64,000 bases of DNA from Candidatus Poseidoniaceae archaeon (GTDB lineage Archaea > Thermoplasmatota > Poseidoniia > Poseidoniales > Poseidoniaceae): NCBI GenBank assembly GCA_049616955.1, contig JBMZIJ010000001.1, positions 753 to 64,752 on the forward strand, written 5' to 3'. Shown piece by piece: positions 60,149 to 64,000 of the stretch; positions within the stretch are counted from its first letter, which is position 1, and each line of letters opens with the position of its first letter. Made by a program: the position numbers and the translations under genes. The notes beneath the pieces were generated by a model. It searched no databases. It saw only the letters and a program-made list of their open reading frames with translations, and had not been told where the DNA came from.

Positions 60149-60985
60149 TTGGTGGTCAACATCACAGCATCAATTACTGAACTGGAAGAACTCGCTCGAC
60201 GTTGTCGAATTGAAATTGTCAAAATGGTTCATCGGGCTCAAGCAGGGCATCCTGGAGGATCGCTTTCTGAAATCGATTTGATTGCGGCCTTGTATTCGAC
60301 TTCGCTGCGTGTTCGACCCGATGAACCTGACTGGGAAGACCGAGATCGATTTATTCTCTCCAAAGGTCATGCTTCACCAGGAATGTATGCACTCCTTGCC
60401 GAAAAAGGATTCATCCAACACAGCGATTTGCATTCGTATCGCGTTCTCGGAGGTGTTTGTCAAGGCCACGTTGACATGAAATGGTGCCCTGGCGTTGATT
60501 TCAGTGCGGGTAGCCTCGGCATGGGACTTTCCTTTGGAATGGGATGCGCACTTGCTGCCAGAATTGAGGGCAGTGAACGACGAGCATTCGTTATGCTTGG
60601 CGACGGTGAGATTCAGGAAGGATCCATTTGGGAAGCTGCCATGGCAGCTGCACATCATGAATTGGGCAATCTCAAAGTTATTCTCGATCGAAATAGAATC
60701 CAAAACGATGACTTTTGCCTCGAACAAATGCGCATGTTTGACATCCCTGCCAAATGGAGAGCATTTGGTTGGAACGTCATGGAAATTGATGGACATGACA
60801 TGAATGAAATTGTTGAAGGAATCAAGTTCCTCGATACGTCGAACGACGCACCATCGATTCTCATCGCTCACACCATCAAGGGGAAGGGTGTCTCATACAT
60901 GGAAGACAATCCTTCCTTCCACGGTGCAGCACCGAACGATGAGCAGTTTGCTCTTGCTATGCAAGAATTGGGGGCGGTTGAATGA
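60149..60985 (+). CDS. Transketolase, N-terminal (TPP-binding) subunit
   Basis: GHPGGSLS, DRFILSKGH and GDGEIQEG motifs. Confidence 0.95.
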   Translation: MVVNITASITELEELARRCRIEIVKMVHRAQAGHPGGSLSEIDLIAALYSTSLRVRPDEPDWEDRDRFILSKGHASPGMYALLAEKGFIQHSDLHSYRVLGGVCQGHVDMKWCPGVDFSAGSLGMGLSFGMGCALAARIEGSERRAFVMLGDGEIQEGSIWEAAMAAAHHELGNLKVILDRNRIQNDDFCLEQMRMFDIPAKWRAFGWNVMEIDGHDMNEIVEGIKFLDTSNDAPSILIAHTIKGKGVSYMEDNPSFHGAAPNDEQFALAMQELGAVE

Positions 60986-61920
60986 CTCGAATGGCAGCGA
61001 CACGAGATGGTTATGGACAAGCGTTGCTTGAATTAGCAGAAAACGAGAAAGTCGTTGTGCTTGAAGCCGACCTTGGAAAGTCAACAAAATCGTTGCATTT
61101 CCGCAAGGCGCACCCTGAGAGGACAATTTCCTGCGGTATAGGCGAGCAAAACATGCTCTTGGTCGCTGCGGGTATGGCATCGAGCGGTTACATCCCATTC
61201 GCATCCACATTTGCCATCTTTACAGAACGAGCATTTGAACAAATGAGAAACGGAGTTGCTCGGCCTAACCTCGCTGTCCACCTGTGTGGATCTCATGGTG
61301 GCACACATACGGGGACAGATGGTTCATCAGCCCAGTCCATCGAAGATTTAGCCATCTATCGAACGCTTCCGAATGTCACAGTACTTCACCCATGCGATGA
61401 TGTCAGCACGCGACTGCTCACCAAACAACTTGCGGCATCAAAGAATCCTTCTTACATGCGGACAGCTCGAAACAAGACACCCGTCTTATACGATGATGCA
61501 GATCCAAAGGCAATCCAAATTGGAAAGGGCATCACATTGCGCCAAGGAGATGATGTTGCCATCATCGCCTGTGGTGTTTTGGTTTCTGAAGCACTCAAAG
61601 CAGCAGATTCATTGCAAGAGAAGGGTATTGGTGCAACGGTCATCGATATGCACACCATCAAACCACTCGATGTTGGTTTGGTCGATGAAGTAGCGTCCCG
61701 TTGTGGCGCTATCGTCACTGCTGAAGATCATTCCATCATTGGAGGACTTGGCGGTGCAGTTGCCGAACACCTTTCCGCATCTTCTCGCACCCCGTTAGAG
61801 CGGGTTGGCGTTCAAGATCGATTCGGGGAATCTGGACAGGCAGATGAAATGCTCGAACTCATGGAATTGAGTTCACCACACATCGTCAAGGCTGCTCTGC
61901 GGGCAATTGACCGCAAGTGA
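60982..61920 (+). CDS. Transketolase, C-terminal subunit
   Basis: GIGEQNM, TIKPLD and EDHSIIGGLG motifs. Confidence 0.95.
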   Translation: MTRMAATRDGYGQALLELAENEKVVVLEADLGKSTKSLHFRKAHPERTISCGIGEQNMLLVAAGMASSGYIPFASTFAIFTERAFEQMRNGVARPNLAVHLCGSHGGTHTGTDGSSAQSIEDLAIYRTLPNVTVLHPCDDVSTRLLTKQLAASKNPSYMRTARNKTPVLYDDADPKAIQIGKGITLRQGDDVAIIACGVLVSEALKAADSLQEKGIGATVIDMHTIKPLDVGLVDEVASRCGAIVTAEDHSIIGGLGGAVAEHLSASSRTPLERVGVQDRFGESGQADEMLELMELSSPHIVKAALRAIDRK

Positions 61921-61962
61921 AGCAACCATCATGTTCATGAATCGCCAATTCAACGATGGTGC

Positions 61963-62622
61963 ATGGAGTTCTTCCTTGACACTGCTGATGTAGACGAAAT
62001 TCGTGAAATTGCCGCTTGGGGTATTCTCGACGGTGTGACAACCAACCCATCACTGATAAAGAAAAGTGGACGGGACTTCAAAGAAGTCGTAGGTGAAATT
62101 GCTGGAATCTGTTCAGGACCTATTTCTGCAGAGGTAACAGCAATGGATACTCCGGGAATGTTAGAACAAGCACGTCAATTGAAAGCAGAATTGCCTTCAA
62201 ATGTGATCATCAAAATTCCTTGTACTCCAGAAGGACTCGCTGCAACCAAGGTCTTGACCGAAGAGGGTGTTGACACCAACGTAACACTGATTTTTTCTGC
62301 TTCGCAAGCGCTCATGGCTGCAAAAGCCGGAGCAACATACGTTTCGCCTTTTATCGGTCGAATTGACGACACGGGACACGATGGCATGAATCTCATTGCC
62401 GAGATTATGGAAACCTGGGAGAAATACGATGTTTCAACCAAAGTCCTTGCTGCTTCAATTCGTCACCCAACGCATGTTCTTCAGTGCATGCAACTTGGTG
62501 CTCATACAGCCACCATGCCCGCCAAAATTTTCCGTCAACTCATGAAACACCCGCTCACTGACAAAGGCCTTGAGGGCTTCATGCGTGATTGGGCTGAAGT
62601 CGAGGCAGCTGGCAAGGCTTGA
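61963..62622 (+). CDS. tal: Transaldolase (small FSA/TalC type)
   Basis: GVTTNPS and IKIP motifs; Glu in ISAEV and Phe in SPFIGR indicate transaldolase rather than FSA. Confidence 0.92.
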   Translation: MEFFLDTADVDEIREIAAWGILDGVTTNPSLIKKSGRDFKEVVGEIAGICSGPISAEVTAMDTPGMLEQARQLKAELPSNVIIKIPCTPEGLAATKVLTEEGVDTNVTLIFSASQALMAAKAGATYVSPFIGRIDDTGHDGMNLIAEIMETWEKYDVSTKVLAASIRHPTHVLQCMQLGAHTATMPAKIFRQLMKHPLTDKGLEGFMRDWAEVEAAGKA

Positions 62623-62690
62623 ACATCAACCCTTCGAAAAGGAGGCTTCATCAATGATGGAGCATCAGCCCATACCATCGAGGGAGCACG

Positions 62691-63266
62691 ATGAGTGATA
62701 TTCAGGAACGTCTGCAAAAACTTCTCGATGGGGAGTTGGATGCTGCGGAAGTTGCTGAGGATCCTGCTCTTGCATCTTTGGCAGACCGTCTTTATGGTAT
62801 CAAAATCACGCCAGTTCAACCCAAAAAACTTCGAGATTTTGGTGACGAAGCAGCAGCGCCATCTGCGCCACTTCCCGCTACGGATATGATGATTGAAGTC
62901 ATTGGTGACGTTGCACTTGAGCATCCTCCCGCCCCAAATGCGGGTCTACCTCCTCTCGCACCGATGCCTGCTGTTCCTAATTCCAAGGGATCAAAGTCCT
63001 TCGGTATGATGAGTTATCTCTCCATTCTCGCTCTGCTTGCAGTCATTGCCAATTTGTTTGGATACCTTCACACACTCGTTGGCTCGCTATGTACAAACGC
63101 ATGTAAAAATGAAGGACATACGAAGATGAATCTTCTTGAGGTTTATCGTTTGGATTCACTTAATGGATGGAGCCTTCCTGTCACCGAGGGTGTTATTGGT
63201 ATACCTGATGTTGTTGCAATCCTTGGTCTTCTTGTCATGGTCTTTCTCTTGCGTAAAAAGGCATGA
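62691..63266 (+). CDS. Hypothetical membrane protein (Pro-rich linker, two TM helices)
   Basis: 191-aa ORF with a GAGGGAG SD and two hydrophobic helices. Confidence 0.75.
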   Translation: MSDIQERLQKLLDGELDAAEVAEDPALASLADRLYGIKITPVQPKKLRDFGDEAAAPSAPLPATDMMIEVIGDVALEHPPAPNAGLPPLAPMPAVPNSKGSKSFGMMSYLSILALLAVIANLFGYLHTLVGSLCTNACKNEGHTKMNLLEVYRLDSLNGWSLPVTEGVIGIPDVVAILGLLVMVFLLRKKA

Positions 63267-63329
63267 ACACGTCGTCCTAAGGCCGACTTTCTCCGTCATC
63301 TTGATGAGCAGGAGTTGAAAGGAGTCACT

Positions 63330-64000
63330 ATGGGCAAACCAGCGAAGGCCAAGCGAGGGATTCCAAGCAAAGTTGAAGATTTCAACGCTTGGTATCCGTT
63401 TATTGTTGAGGCTGCTGAACTCGTTGACAAGCGTTACCCAATCAAAGGAATGGATGTTTGGCGCCCATATGGATGGAAAGCTATGCGTCAAATCGATGCA
63501 TTGACGCATTCAGAAATGGATCGAACAGGCCATGAAGAAGTCAATTTTCCACTCCTTATTCCTGAAGATCTTCTCGAAAAAGAAAATGCATTGGTCGCCC
63601 GACTCAAGCGGGCTCGAGAAGAAGGTGTCGATCCAGATGAACTTCGTGACGAAGATGAAGAAGCGGGATTCAAGAAGGAAGTGTACTGGGTCAAGCATGC
63701 AGGAGAAAACGAACTCGACATCCCTATGTTCCTACGTCCAACCAGTGAAACTGCAATGTACACAATGTTTCCATTGTGGATTCGAAGTCACAAAGACTTG
63801 CCATTGAAAGTCTATCAGATGGTCAATACGTTCAGATATGAAACAAAACAAACACGTTCGTTCATCCGAGTCCGTGAGATCCACTTCTTTGAAGCACACA
63901 CAGCACATGCTGATGAAGCCGATGCTACACGACAGATTGAGCAAGATCTGGAAATTGTTGACCGGTTGATGGAGAAATTATGCCTGCCCATTATCAAGGC
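63330..64000 (+). CDS. proS: Proline--tRNA ligase, archaeal/eukaryotic type (runs off the window edge)
   Basis: Read manually: MGKPAK...DFNAWY...FPLLIP...[10 protein letters not shown]...[38 protein letters not shown]. Confidence 0.96.
   Translation, partial: MGKPAKAKRGIPSKVEDFNAWYPFIVEAAELVDKRYPIKGMDVWRPYGWKAMRQIDALTHSEMDRTGHEEVNFPLLIPEDLLEKENALVARLKRAREEGVDPDELRDEDEEAGFKKEVYWVKHAGENELDIPMFLRPTSETAMYTMFPLWIRSHKDLPLKVYQMVNTFRYETKQTRSFIRVREIHFFEAHTAHADEADATRQIEQDLEIVDRLMEKLCLPIIK

Noticed and set aside
1-64000. CRISPR arrays, IS elements, rRNA genes and the many short antisense ORFs in the track
   Set aside because: No spaced direct repeats, transposase or rRNA sequence seen; the short ORFs overlap well-supported genes and lack motifs; the GAA/GAT-rich runs encode acidic linkers.

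Overview
Gene-dense archaeal chromosomal segment, most likely Marine Group II Euryarchaeota (Ca. Poseidoniales). This taxonomy is inferred from archaeal information genes combined with bacterial-type heterotrophic metabolism and large acidic membrane proteins. Information and housekeeping genes: rpS19e-PDCD5-rpL39e-rpL31e-rpS17e-trmJ, kae1, mbf1, tsr3, pan, priS, metG, proS and tRNA-Val(GAC). Metabolic genes: a preQ0 operon (folE-queE-queC-msrB-queD), methylmalonyl-CoA mutase and epimerase, histidine utilisation (hutI, hutU, hutH, split FTCD), futalosine menaquinone genes (mqnA, mqnD, mqnE), FdhF/YdeP with FdhD, transketolase and transaldolase, and several transporters. No mobile element, CRISPR array or rRNA is visible. 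The most notable observations are: (1) a half-length deoxyhypusine hydroxylase (DOHH)-like protein with both His-Glu motifs, a candidate archaeal homodimeric hypusination enzyme; (2) a putative Ca2+ toolkit made of a membrane protein with seven EF-hand loops and zinc ribbons, an EF-hand module shared with a TPR protein, and an SPCA/PMR1-like pump; (3) a palindromic TT[CG][AT][AT][CG]AA box about 21 nt before many start codons, including one symmetric bidirectional promoter; (4) a gene that appears to start at ATT/ATA. All family assignments come from motif recognition by eye; no database searches were run.
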